IMG/VR virus record: IMGVR_UViG_2721755728_000004
DNA length: 49,782 nucleotides
Reading direction: 5' to 3' (one strand)
DNA from: a virus
Taxonomy: Duplodnaviria > Heunggongvirae > Uroviricota > Caudoviricetes
Part shown: in pieces, positions 1 through 13,739 of the stretch
How positions within the stretch are numbered: the stretch's first letter is position 1
How the letters are laid out: each line of letters begins with the position of its first letter
Made by a program: the position numbers and the translations under genes
Notes under the pieces: generated by a model
The model's database searches: none
What the model was told of the DNA's origin: nothing
Seen by the model: only the letters and a program-made list of their open reading frames with translations

Positions 1-1284
1 TTACAGACTTCTGGAAGGTTGCGCAGCTCTTACAACACGCGGTTGATCTTCCGCAGCGTCTTCCAGCGCACTTAAATCACGGTCTTTCACCTCTGGCATT
101 TTCAGCGCAGAGATTAAACCAATCACTGAATATGCCATGATCATAATGGCGATCGGATACCAGGATTCCGTCATGGTGCAGAAAATACCCGCCAGGATAG
201 GACCAAAACCGGAAGCGATAAGACCACCAATTTCTTTAGAAATAGCCATCCGGGTAAAGCGGTTTTTACAGCCGAACATTTCTGCCATGGTAATGTTTTC
301 CAGAGCAAATAATCCCAGCACCGCACAGTTATGAATCACAATCAGTGCAACCATAATGGTGCTCGGGGCATAGCTTTTATCTACAATGATAGAAAGCATT
401 GGCCATGCCAGCACAATCGCGGAGGTATTCATAATAATATACGGGATCCGGCGACCAATTTTATCGGATAACCAACCAAGGAACGGAATGGTCATAAAGC
501 CGAGAATCGAACTAATCATCAATGCATCTGTTGGAATTGCTTTGTTAAACAATAACGTCTGCACTAAATAGCCTGCAAGGAAAGTCTGAATTAAACCTGA
601 GTTACCAACCTGACCAAAACGCAGCCCTGTTGCCAGCCAGAAGGATTTGCTCTGGAACATGCTACCGGCAGGTGCAGGTTTTGCTGTCGGTTGGTTGCTG
701 TCATTAACCTTCTCAAAGACCGGGCTTTCTTTCAGATTCATACGCAACCAGATAGCAAAGACCATCACGACAACGCTCGCCAGGAACGGTATACGCCATC
801 CCCACGCCAGCAGTTCCTCTTTACTGAGAATGAAGAACATAAAGGCCCAGATTGCCGTTGCGCTCAAGGTTCCGCAGTTAGTTCCCATAGCTACAAATGA
901 GGAGATAATTCCGCGCTTACCTTTTGGCGCATATTCCGCCAGCATCGTACCGGCACCGGAAATTTCCGCACCTGCACCCAACCCCTGAATAATACGCAGC
1001 GTCACCAGCAAGATGGGTGCAAAAACACCAATCTGTGCATAGGTCGGTAACACACCAATTAAGGTGGTACAGATCCCCATCATGGTGATGGTAATAAAGA
1101 GCACTTTTTTACGCCCTATTCTGTCGCCCATTTTGCCGAAAATAAATGCTCCGACAATACGCGCCACATAACCTGCACCGTAGGTTCCCATTGCCAGAAT
1201 TAACGCCATTGCCGTTGATGATTCAGGAAAAAATATTTCATGAAACACTAACGCTGCGCCGAGCGAATATAACTGGAAATCCAT
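1..1284 (-). CDS. ydfJ: MFS-family metabolite:H+ symporter (YdfJ-like)
   Basis: 427-aa ORF with MFS motif (GKMGDRIGRKK) and many hydrophobic segments; stop codon at window start; in-frame TGA two codons upstream of the ATG. Name from recollection of the K-12 Qin-flanking gene. Confidence 0.8.
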   Translation of the reverse strand: MDFQLYSLGAALVFHEIFFPESSTAMALILAMGTYGAGYVARIVGAFIFGKMGDRIGRKKVLFITITMMGICTTLIGVLPTYAQIGVFAPILLVTLRIIQGLGAGAEISGAGTMLAEYAPKGKRGIISSFVAMGTNCGTLSATAIWAFMFFILSKEELLAWGWRIPFLASVVVMVFAIWLRMNLKESPVFEKVNDSNQPTAKPAPAGSMFQSKSFWLATGLRFGQVGNSGLIQTFLAGYLVQTLLFNKAIPTDALMISSILGFMTIPFLGWLSDKIGRRIPYIIMNTSAIVLAWPMLSIIVDKSYAPSTIMVALIVIHNCAVLGLFALENITMAEMFGCKNRFTRMAISKEIGGLIASGFGPILAGIFCTMTESWYPIAIMIMAYSVIGLISALKMPEVKDRDLSALEDAAEDQPRVVRAAQPSRSL

Positions 1285-2069
1285 AATTCACAGGTGTTTT
1301 TCCCCATCCTGTGGTTTCCTTGGCGTTTTCTAGGTTTTTTCAGATAGTTGCATTTTTTAAAAAGCATCCTAAGTTCGATCTCAGTGTCTATCTGGGGCCT
1401 ATTTCTGTCCCATATATGCCCCAAAAAAACTCCCCAACAGATAAGTAGTTTTTTCATGGATTTATGCGTAAAATCAAGAACGGCTGGAAATCATTCAATA
1501 CTCACACTATCGAAAAATTTACCAGCCAACCGCAGCACGTTCTTGCATAAGGCGTGTCTGCGGTTTTTCAACTATTCAGATACATCACTCCCATCACATT
1601 CATTCCTCCGCATCAAAGGCATATAGGCTATATCACCTTGATATTTTTCTTCTTCAGATAAAAACTGTTATCTATGTATACTTTTAAACCCAATCCGTGT
1701 AGAGTCTCTGCATAAGATAGTTTGCAGTTGCCGCTTCAGCTTGCGCCATAAACCGCCTGATTTTTGCTGCCACCTGTTAGCATTCCTGTATACCTGAAAC
1801 GACAATGTTTATCTACGAACTTTAAGAACCCCCAGGATAAAAATTGTCAACTATATCATATATAACACATTACTAATTCGAGGCTATATGAACAGCATAC
1901 TGATAATCACTTCTCTCCTTATCATATTCAGCATTTTTAGTCATGCCCTAATAAAATTAGGGATTGGCATATCCAATAACCCAGACAAAACCGATGTATA
2001 AGTCAACATATCCTGAATCAGACATACAATATCGCAATGAAAATCAATAATATTTTAAGGAATATCTTC

Positions 2070-2303
2070 ATGAAATCAAAAGACACCCTAAAGTGGTTCC
2101 CTGCGCAGCTTCCTGAAGTAAGAATTATCCTAGGGGATGCTGTAGTGGAAGTAGCAAAACAGGGAAGACCTATCAATACCAGAACATTGCTTGATTACAT
2201 TGAAGGAAACATAAAGAAAAAATCATGGCTGGATAACAAAGAATTATTACAAACAGCGATATCAGTTCTTAAAGACAACCAAAATTTAAATGGTAAAATG
2301 TAA
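2070..2303 (+). CDS. ydfK: Small cold-shock-inducible prophage protein (YdfK/YnaE family)
   Basis: 77-aa reading frame starting MKSKDTLKWF with AAGGAA 9 nt upstream; position next to pin matches Qin/Rac layout. Identity from memory. Confidence 0.65.
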   Translation: MKSKDTLKWFPAQLPEVRIILGDAVVEVAKQGRPINTRTLLDYIEGNIKKKSWLDNKELLQTAISVLKDNQNLNGKM

Positions 2304-2619
2304 TATAATAAACTTACTTTTTTATCATTTTTCCACTTTAACAACATTTTGCTCCACTTTTCCACGACCAAACAACTTTAAATCTGGTTAAAATAACACG
2401 CAACACTATTCTTCTTCCTTGAGTCCGCCCGGAACTCGAAAAACAAACCGAGTTAAAGCCATTTTTCACAAAATCGATTTTGGGTCTCACCAAAGTTACG
2501 GGGTTGCATACGCATTCGTTTATTTTCGAACGTGTACATACAAATATGCACAAAAATAATCAAAATTATTTTCTGAGATGCATTATGATATGAACACCAA
2601 TTTCGTATAGAGTCTCACT

Positions 2620-3210
2620 ATGTCTCGAATTTTTGCTTACTGTCGGATATCAACGCTGGATCAGACCACCGAAAATCAACGCCGGGAAATCGAAAGTGCA
2701 GGTTTTAAAATCAAACCTCAGCAAATAATCGAAGAACACATTAGCGGCTCAGCAGCAACCAGTGAGCGTCCTGGTTTTAACCGGTTGCTTGCTCGCCTGA
2801 AATGTGGTGATCAATTGATTGTGACAAAACTGGATCGCCTTGGTTGTAATGCAATGGATATCAGGAAAACAGTGGAACAACTGACCGAAACAGGTATCAG
2901 AGTGCATTGCTTAGCATTGGGGGGCATTGACCTGACCAGTCCAACAGGAAAAATGATGATGCAAGTAATTTCAGCAGTCGCTGAATTTGAACGAGACCTT
3001 TTACTTGAACGCACTCATTCCGGGATAGTAAGAGCCCGGGGCGCAGGGAAACGTTTTGGTCGACCACCTGTGTTAAATGAAGAACAGAAACAGGTGGTAT
3101 TCGAACGGATTAAGTCAGGTGTAAGTATAAGTGCCATTGCCCGGGAATTCAAAACCTCGCGGCAAACCATTTTAAGAGCCAAAGCAAAACTTCAGACACC
3201 TGACATATAA
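2620..3210 (+). CDS. pin: Serine recombinase / DNA invertase (Pin/Gin/Hin family)
   Basis: 196 aa; N-terminal catalytic region (YCRISTLDQ with active-site Ser) and C-terminal HTH, typical of Pin/Gin/Hin invertases. Confidence 0.9.
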
Positions 3211-3307
3211 AAAATAATCTCGGTGTGAGATGCTTTACGTCTTCCAAGCCCCCTTCCTTGCCGTAAATGGAAAGATACATCTAATTATAGAATTTATATG
3301 TTTTACC

Positions 3308-3883
3308 CTACGGCAGTGCTGGCCATTCAATATCCTGTGCAGTTGACGTATCAACACGGTTCAGCAATACCCGATACTTTTTCCAGGCTTCCAGCAACGA
3401 GATTTCTTCCTCCGTTGCAATTTCCAGATCTGCAGCATCCTGAAGTGGCGCAATATGCTCACTGGCTACCTGCATCAGGCTGTTTTTTGTTTCTTCCGCC
3501 TCCCGGATCCGGAACAGTTTTTCTGCTTCTGCATCTTTCACCCAGGCTGTGCCGTTCCACTTCTGAAACTCCCCTTCCGGGGATAACCAGGTGACATTTT
3601 CCGGTAATGAGCCGAGTTCAGAAATAAATAACGCGTCGCCGGAAGCCACGTCATAAACCGTTTTACCCCGATGATCTTCAACGAGATGCCACGATGACTC
3701 ATCACTGTTGAAAACAGCCACGAAGCCAGCCGGAATATCTGGCGGTGCAATATAGGTACTGTTTGCTGGCAGACCTGTATGAGGCGGAATATATGCGTCA
3801 CCTTCACCAATAAATTCATTAGTTCCGGCCAGCAGATTATAAATTTTTATGGTCCGTGGTTGTTCACTCATTCTGAATGCCAT
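3308..3883 (-). CDS. tfa: Tail fiber assembly protein (Tfa)
   Basis: 191 aa, immediately downstream of stf on the same strand, Tfa-like sequence. Confidence 0.85.
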   Translation of the reverse strand: MAFRMSEQPRTIKIYNLLAGTNEFIGEGDAYIPPHTGLPANSTYIAPPDIPAGFVAVFNSDESSWHLVEDHRGKTVYDVASGDALFISELGSLPENVTWLSPEGEFQKWNGTAWVKDAEAEKLFRIREAEETKNSLMQVASEHIAPLQDAADLEIATEEEISLLEAWKKYRVLLNRVDTSTAQDIEWPALP

Positions 3884-6797
3884 TATGCAAGCCTCACAAT
3901 GTAGTTAAATGCGATGTTTTTGACGGTGTTTTCCGCGTTACCAGCAGCGTTAACGGTGATGGTGTGTCCATGTGAGCCAATCGCAACAGAGTGCGTATGA
4001 GCACCAATACCGACAGTATGTGCGTGAGCACCTGCAGATGCAGCTGTGCCGCTGACACTATGAGTGTGCGCTCCTGCAGCACTTGTATTCACACTGGCCG
4101 CAGACACTACCTTATGTACTGACCCATTTTGTGACCACTGGCTGACTGCTGATGCGCCTGTGACACTATGAGTATGGTTTCCGGCACTTGCGGCTGTACC
4201 GCTCACACTGTGCGTATGCGCCCCGGTGTTATTCGTGGATTTAGTGCCGTAATCAAACGACGATGTGGTTTTCGTCCCCAAATCCGTACTGGATGCACTG
4301 GCGCTGTGGGTGTGCGATTTAATGCCGTCCTGTTCCTGAGACAATACGGCCCGACCACTGGCAGGTTTGCCCTTAATCGTCCAGCCACGCATATCAGGGA
4401 TCACGCCTGACGGATAAGCGGTTGCAAGTTTCGGGTAAGCGGATTTGTCAAAAGTCTGCCCCTGCATCAGGGCATAACCAGACGGAACGGTATCTGATGG
4501 CCACGGGATTGGTGCGCCAGGCGGATAAAACTGCTCTGATGGTGTATAGAGTGAATAAACTGTACCGTCCGTTAACCCTTCCGGCTTATTAGCAGAATAT
4601 GCTGGTGACGTATGAATAGTCACGCTGGCATTACTGGTATAATCCCATTGAATATTTACACCAGTCGCATAATTTCCGATTGCAACGTAAATATCGTAAG
4701 TATCACCAGATGTATTGACCCAGGCAAAATTTGTAAACCCTGTCGATGTGCGCTGCCATAAAGCACCAGTAATCCCCTTCGGATTACCATTACCTGCACG
4801 CAAAACAAGTTCAGATATACCTGCCTGTTGAGGTGACCCCACGTTAAATCCCGCGCCACCAATCAACGTAATTGAAACAACAGAACTCGCCTGTGGCATG
4901 GTTACCGTTGCTAATTTGAACCAACCAGCACCACCGCTGAATGACATTGTTGTTGAGTTAAGCGTACCAATATCTTTCGGCGTCAGTGTTATATCCGCTG
5001 AAAGCGCCTTACCATTCACCTTACGGGCAGAAGGTACCCGACCATTCGCATTATCATTAGCTGCTTTCACTGCTTTCGGTGTCGCGGCAAGCGTTTCAGA
5101 TGCGCTGTTGGTTGCACTACTGAGCTGGACAATTCCTTTTTGTGCTGTCGTAGCGTCCTGAGCAGTATATTTCCCGTTAGCAAGGTCATAGGCTGCCTTT
5201 ACCGACTTTGGCGTTGCCGCCAGCATTTCAGATGTGCTGTTGGTCGCGCTGCTGAGCTGAACTATCCCTTTCTGTGCTGTCGTTGCATCCTGTGCGGTGT
5301 ATTTCCCGTTAGCCAGCTCATACGCGGCCTTAACGGCTTTTGGCGTTGCCGCCAGTGACTCGGAAGTGCTGTTAGTCGCACTGCTGAGCTGTACTATCCC
5401 CTTTTTCGTCGTGCTCGCATCCTCAAGCGCCACGGCGGATGCAATATCCTCTGCCCGTTTTGCCGCTGTCTCGGCGCGCGTTGCCGCGGATTCCGCCGTA
5501 CTTTTGCTCTGAGCTGCCGCCGTCGCACTGCCAGCTGCCTCTGTCGCCTTCGTGGATGCCGTCGTGGCGCTGCCCTTTGCTGCTGACGCCTGTCTGGTCG
5601 CCTCATCTTTTGAAGCAGACGCAGATGATGCCGATGACGCCGCCGAACTGGCGGACGATGCGGCAGCCGTTTTTGAGGATTCTGCGCTGGTTTCCGACGC
5701 TTTCGCGTTCGTCTCGGATGTCTTCGCTGCGGAAGCAGACCTCGCTGCTGCGCTGGCCTGTTCAGTGGCTTCGCCAGCCTTCGTTGTGGCTGTTGAAGCG
5801 GACGATGCGGCGCTTTCTGCCGATTTTCCGGCAGCGGTGGCACTGGCTGAGGCCTGCCCGGCACTTGTTGACGCGGCACTGGCAGACGACGCAGCCGCTG
5901 TTTTTGAGCCTGCCGCAGCTGAGGCGCTCTGTCCCGCTGCCGTCTCAGAAGACCTGGCGTTCGTCTCGGACGTTTTTGCCGCCTTCGCGGAATTTGCTGC
6001 CGCCGTTGCCGAGGAAGCTGCGCTACTGGCGCTCGAGGATGCGTTCGTTTCTGATGATTTTGCCGCCTCTTTTGAAGCCGACGCATCCCGGGCTGAGGTG
6101 GCAGCTTCTGACGCTTTCGTGGTCGCGGTGGATGCAGAAGTGGCGGCTGATTGTTGTGACGCTGCAGCATTCGTTCTGACGTTTTCGCGGCAGCGGCACT
6201 GGTAGCTGCCGCGCTTTTTGAGGACTCTGCAGCGGCAGCACTTTTTTCCGCTTCAGTGGCCTTTGTTGATGCCGTTCCTGCGCTGGAAGACGCTGACTGA
6301 GCCGACGAAGCGGCCTGTCCGGCTGACGTGCTGGCTGCACGTGCTGAATCTGCAGCATCAGTCGCATGGGTTGCCGCCTCACGGGCAGATGTGCCGGCAT
6401 CACTGGCTGACTTCTTCGCGGCTGCCGTGTTCTGTGCCACCACGGACGCGTTACGCGCCACCTCTTCCACCATCTGTTCAAAACGGCGCAGTGCCTCCGG
6501 ACGGGCATCATCCTCCGTCATGGCACCGAGAAAATCATTCAGCGTACCCGGCTGAGAATCTTCATACACGGTGATGGTCCCGGCATGTGACGGCGGGAAT
6601 CCTTCCACCAACAGAATAACGCTGTACTGACCGTACTCAACGTCCATGCTGTAACGCCCGGCTTCATCCGGATTTTCTGAGGCCAGCGTGTTCACCACCA
6701 CCGTGGTGCTGTTACGTTTTGCTTTCAGCTGGATTGTGCAGTTCTGTACCGGTTTTCCTGTGCCGTCTTTCAGTACACCTGAAATCTTTACTGCCAT
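3883..6797 (-). pseudogene. stf: Side tail fiber protein Stf, interrupted by an apparent 1-nt frameshift near 6174-6176
   Basis: N-terminal approx. 208 codons (from ATG at 6797) are lambda Stf-like, then the Stf-like Ala/Ser/Thr-rich sequence continues in another frame down to the conserved C-terminus (..[18 protein letters not shown]) at 3883. The ORF-track entry 5394..6803 reads Arg/Pro-rich nonsense after the shift. Confidence 0.6.
5070..5433 (-). repeat. Tandem 117-bp (39-aa) repeats inside stf, about 2.7 copies
   Basis: Protein repeat [41 protein letters not shown] occurs three times in a row; DNA shows the matching direct repeats. Boundaries approximate. Confidence 0.6.
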
Positions 6798-6800
6798 ATT

Positions 6801-6834
6801 CACCCCACAAAAAAGCCCGCCTGAACCGGCGGGC
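6801..6834 (-). terminator. Rho-independent terminator after lom, abutting the stf start
   Basis: GC hairpin (gcccgcc..ggcgggc) followed by a T-run on the minus strand. Confidence 0.5.
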
Positions 6835-6861
6835 TGTCATAACACTGTGTTACCTGGCTAA

Positions 6862-7461
6862 TCAGAACTTATAACCGACACCCACGATGAAACCGTCAGT
6901 GCGCCAGTCGCCACTGCCGGAGCCTTCATAAGCAATATCAATGGCCACGGATTCGGTCGGGTTAAACTGCACGCCAGCTCCCCACGCCAGAGACGTGTTG
7001 CTGTGGCGACCGTCATCACTTCCGGTCAGTACATCGTGCGTTTTCCCCTTGTTGTCAGTTACGCGAAGATAATCCCCGGAGAAAGTCGACACACGGCTGT
7101 AAGCCACACCCGCCATCGCATACGCGCTGAACCATTCATTCACGCGCACAGACGGCCCCGCCATCACGCTGAACCAGCGGTTACGCACGGAATCTTCATG
7201 CCAGCGGGTATCGCTGTAATGGGTCAGCTGGCGATTCTTGTCTCCTGCATAGCTGAATGACGTCACCATCCCCAGTGTGTCCGTAAACTCATAACGGTAT
7301 TTCACGTTAATCCCGTTCAGATCATCGCTGCCGGGAACGTTCGTCGAGGCATGAAGATACCCCGCGCTCAGCGTGGACTGATGTTCAGACGCCCATGCAG
7401 GCGCACCGGATACGGCCAGACAAATGGCTGCGGACAAAATGGCGGCATAAAGTTTACGCAT
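6862..7461 (-). CDS. lom: Outer membrane protein Lom (Ail/Lom family)
   Basis: 199 aa with signal peptide and Lom-like beta-barrel sequence; located between J and stf as in lambda. Confidence 0.9.
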   Translation of the reverse strand: MRKLYAAILSAAICLAVSGAPAWASEHQSTLSAGYLHASTNVPGSDDLNGINVKYRYEFTDTLGMVTSFSYAGDKNRQLTHYSDTRWHEDSVRNRWFSVMAGPSVRVNEWFSAYAMAGVAYSRVSTFSGDYLRVTDNKGKTHDVLTGSDDGRHSNTSLAWGAGVQFNPTESVAIDIAYEGSGSGDWRTDGFIVGVGYKF

Positions 7462-7482
7462 AATTACCTCTCGCTTTTCTGC

Positions 7483-7509
7483 AATAAAAAAGGCGTCATT
7501 TCTGACGCC
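7483..7509 (-). terminator. Rho-independent terminator between J and lom
   Basis: Hairpin ggcgtca-tttc-tgacgcc followed by a T-run on the minus strand. Confidence 0.5.
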
Positions 7510-7527
7510 CGTTATGGGTTATAAAAT

Positions 7528-10929
<3,402 letters not shown>

Positions 10930-10937
10930 TCACACTC

Positions 10938-10968
10938 CATAAACAACAAAGCCGCCCAAAAGGCGGCT
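10938..10968 (-). terminator. Rho-independent terminator downstream of the lipoprotein moron
   Basis: Hairpin gccgcc-caaaa-ggcggc followed by TTTGTTGTTTAT on the minus strand, just upstream of the J start. Confidence 0.5.
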
Positions 10969-10992
10969 CATGAGTTACGGCAGGATTAACTA

Positions 10993-11331
10993 TTATTTAC
11001 ATGCATTAACACTATCAGCAAAAATTTTTGGCGTTAATGCTGGTACGCGTTCATAAAGAGTAAAACTACTGCCATTTCCTGCTTTTTTGATATCAAGCAC
11101 AACATCATACCCACCCATAGCCTGTGGAACTAAAAGGCTTACCCCATTCTCAATAGGAATGGATGTTATAGGTGTTCCATTACCAGCCCATTGTCTGGAT
11201 ATGCAGCCTGACAATTCATCAATATTTTTTAATGAATTACCTTCCATTACAGGCTTGCCGGATTTTACGTAATCCAAAGATTTACATCCTGTTAAGGCAA
11301 TAATCGTGCAGAATAAAATCGTTTTGTTCAT
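10993..11331 (-). CDS. Lipoprotein moron of unknown function
   Basis: 112 aa from ATG at 11331 (MNKTILFCTIIALTGC..): signal peptide plus lipobox LTGC. AT-rich relative to neighbours and inserted between tail genes I and J. Confidence 0.7.
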   Translation of the reverse strand: MNKTILFCTIIALTGCKSLDYVKSGKPVMEGNSLKNIDELSGCISRQWAGNGTPITSIPIENGVSLLVPQAMGGYDVVLDIKKAGNGSSFTLYERVPALTPKIFADSVNACK

Positions 11332-11403
11332 ATAGCTAACCAACAGAATAATTATCAGTGTTCGATATAAATATTAAATCAGTTAGAACATGAGTAAATA
11401 ATA

Positions 11404-12045
11404 TTACCGCCCAATTACCACAACCTGACCACCATCCCCTTCATCTGCCGTGCTGATCTCCTGAGATGCCACACGTGACCCCACGCGCATTTCACCGTAC
11501 AGAACAGGCAGGACATTGCCCTGGGCAACCATGTTATCCAATGAGGAAAAATAGGTATTTTGCTTACCGTTATCAGTGGCTGACACTTTAGGCGTTTTGG
11601 CTTTCGGTGCCAGCATCTGCGCAACACCGCCTAAAACCATACCTGCCCCAAGAGAGAACATGAGATTACTTGCAACAATACTAAGCCCCGGCATCCAGAT
11701 TGCCGTAGCAATTAGCGCCGCACCCAGCACTGCCTGAAAAATACCGCCACTTTTGGCACCCGCCAGACGCGGTACGATGTGGATCACGGCACCATTTGCC
11801 AGCGGCTCATTAAGACGGGCAGATAATTCGTTTTCGCCTGCATCACGCCCGGAAATGCGCACCTGATACCAGCCCTCATTCAGTTTCTGGCGAAACGCCG
11901 GAAGCTGCGTGGCCAGTGCGCGGATGGCTTCAGCCCCCGTTTTCACACGAAGGTCGATGCGGCGGCCAAATCGTTGCAAATCCCCGTAAAGGCAGATGCG
12001 TGCCATTCCCGGTGACGCCAGAGGGAGTGTGTGCGTCGCTGCCAT
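11404..12045 (-). CDS. Tail assembly protein I
   Basis: 213 aa, lambda I-like (MAATHTLPLASPGMARI.., C-terminal ..GDGGQVVVIGR). Confidence 0.85.
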   Translation of the reverse strand: MAATHTLPLASPGMARICLYGDLQRFGRRIDLRVKTGAEAIRALATQLPAFRQKLNEGWYQVRISGRDAGENELSARLNEPLANGAVIHIVPRLAGAKSGGIFQAVLGAALIATAIWMPGLSIVASNLMFSLGAGMVLGGVAQMLAPKAKTPKVSATDNGKQNTYFSSLDNMVAQGNVLPVLYGEMRVGSRVASQEISTADEGDGGQVVVIGR

Positions 12046-12719
12046 TTGTCGGTATACCTCTCTCGTTTACTCAGTTGTTCAGGAATATGGTGCAGCAGCT
12101 CACCGTCGCCGCAGTAAATGGCGGCATGATTCGGCACCGATGAACCAAAACAGCACAGCAGAATATCGCCCGCCTGTGCAGAGGACAGGGGCACCCGGTA
12201 AAAGCCCGTTGCCTCCATATTGTCCAGGTACAGGTTCTGACCGTTTCGCCACCACTCATCCTCGCGGTGAAAATCCGGCATCTCAATCCCCGCCAGATGG
12301 TATGCATCCCGGAACAGCGTGTAACAGTCCGTCACCCCGTGCTCAAAACGCCGCCCGGTCAGGTGTGGAACACAGCGGAATTTATGAATGTCTCCCCGGC
12401 AGACCAGCCACCAGGACAGTGCGCTTTTTATCTGCAGACGCCGGTCTGCCTCGCTCAGCCAGGGCAGACCACAGGGATGACTGTGGACCAGCGCCACAAT
12501 CCCCCCCTGCATCTCTGCCTGCAGCCAGTCTTCCGGTGCAATACGAAAATACGCCTCCGGCTCTGCGGAGATATTCACGCAGGGAAAATATCTTTCCCCC
12601 TCCGGCGTTCTCACCACGAAGCCGCACGACTCCGCTGGCGCACATCGCCGGGCGTGCGCCAATATATTGCTATAGAGCATGAGAACTCCTGATAAAAAAC
12701 CCAGCCGAAGCTGGGTCAT
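11943..12719 (-). CDS. Tail assembly protein K (MPN/JAMM + NlpC/P60 domains)
   Basis: HSHP metal-binding motif and NlpC/P60-like C-terminal part; overlaps the start of I. True start may be internal. Confidence 0.85.
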   Translation of the reverse strand: MTQLRLGFLSGVLMLYSNILAHARRCAPAESCGFVVRTPEGERYFPCVNISAEPEAYFRIAPEDWLQAEMQGGIVALVHSHPCGLPWLSEADRRLQIKSALSWWLVCRGDIHKFRCVPHLTGRRFEHGVTDCYTLFRDAYHLAGIEMPDFHREDEWWRNGQNLYLDNMEATGFYRVPLSSAQAGDILLCCFGSSVPNHAAIYCGDGELLHHIPEQLSKRERYTDKWQRRTHSLWRHREWHASAFTGICNDLAAASTFV

Positions 12720-12734
12720 TTCGTTGGCAATCTG

Positions 12735-13739
12735 TTAGTAGTGATGCAGTGAAGGAGGTAATTCTTTGTTCTTAAGTCTTACCCATGCAGAAAGATTCGT
12801 TGGTCCGTCTGGCTCATTAATATCAATATCTCGCGTGTGATTGATTAAAACGTCTCTCGCCATTCCGATAACATACGAGAACTCATGGCCGTAGTCGTAG
12901 CACCTGCCAGAATAGTTTGATTGAATTTGCTTTAGCGCCGGATACAGTTCGCGGAATAATGCCTGTGAGCGGTTGGCATAATCCCATAGCCATACAAGGC
13001 TGTTTGCTTCTTTCGCTGAAAACTCATTGGTGCTCTTCTCTTGTTTGCCGATTAACTCTCCTTCAAGCGGAACGCGAGCAGCAAGTGACAGAGCTTCGGT
13101 AAACTGCTCCTCGCTGATTTCTTTGTATGAACACCCAAAATGAGATTTCAGTGACGACCACATGGTAATCATCGCCTTCGCCTGTTTTTCTTTTGGCAGA
13201 GACTGACCGCGACTCATGACGAGTTGTTTAATGGCTTCCTGCTGTTCAGTGGTGATTTTCCCCAGCAATGCCTTTTTAGCTTTGCGCGGGTTAACCACAT
13301 GGCCTTTAGTCCAGTACTCGTAGAGCACATCGTCACACTCTTCCTGATACTGGATTACCTTCTCGCGGATTTCAGGGCGGACTTTGTTTGGTTGAATACT
13401 TGAAAGCCAAGCCGCAAATTTACGAAAGGCAAGACATGTCATTAACTGTTTACCGCCAGCAGAAGGTATTTCGATTTCCGAAATACCTTTGGCAAACCTC
13501 TGTTTTAACTTAACAAATTGAGCAGCCCAAACCATCCCCATACCTTCAACAACAGGCTTCATAGGAACATAAGGCTCATTGTTAATTCCAACCAAAAAGA
13601 GATTTGTTCCGTGGAATGGAACATTGATTGTGCGATCTGCAATTGCTAAACTAGTCATATCAGTTTTCTCGTGGTTAACTGGTAATTTAGAAGCCTCAAT
13701 GGTTGCAGCCATTGGGGCTTCGCTGTTTTTAGCGACCAT
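12735..13739 (-). CDS. Antirepressor-like protein (Ant-type)
   Basis: 334 aa from ATG at 13739 (RBS GAGGTG); N-terminal region resembles phage antirepressor domains; lies directly downstream of an Arc-like gene. Family assignment from memory only. Confidence 0.55.
   Translation of the reverse strand: MVAKNSEAPMAATIEASKLPVNHEKTDMTSLAIADRTINVPFHGTNLFLVGINNEPYVPMKPVVEGMGMVWAAQFVKLKQRFAKGISEIEIPSAGGKQLMTCLAFRKFAAWLSSIQPNKVRPEIREKVIQYQEECDDVLYEYWTKGHVVNPRKAKKALLGKITTEQQEAIKQLVMSRGQSLPKEKQAKAMITMWSSLKSHFGCSYKEISEEQFTEALSLAARVPLEGELIGKQEKSTNEFSAKEANSLVWLWDYANRSQALFRELYPALKQIQSNYSGRCYDYGHEFSYVIGMARDVLINHTRDIDINEPDGPTNLSAWVRLKNKELPPSLHHY

Noticed and set aside
1348-2553. ORFs 1348..1626 (+) and 2338..2553 (-) in the AT-rich left-end region
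   Set aside because: No RBS and low-complexity translations; more likely junction or regulatory DNA than genes.
5394-6803. 469-aa ORF whose C-terminal 260 residues are Arg/Pro/Gln-rich
   Set aside because: Only the first approx. 208 codons are Stf-like; the rest is out-of-frame read-through after the frameshift near 6174, not a real domain.
10993-11343. ORF-track start coordinates for the lipoprotein (11343) and for stf (6803)
   Set aside because: These are TTG/GTG codons called as starts; ATG codons 4 and 2 codons downstream (11331 and 6797) fit the signal peptide and the lambda Stf N-terminus better.
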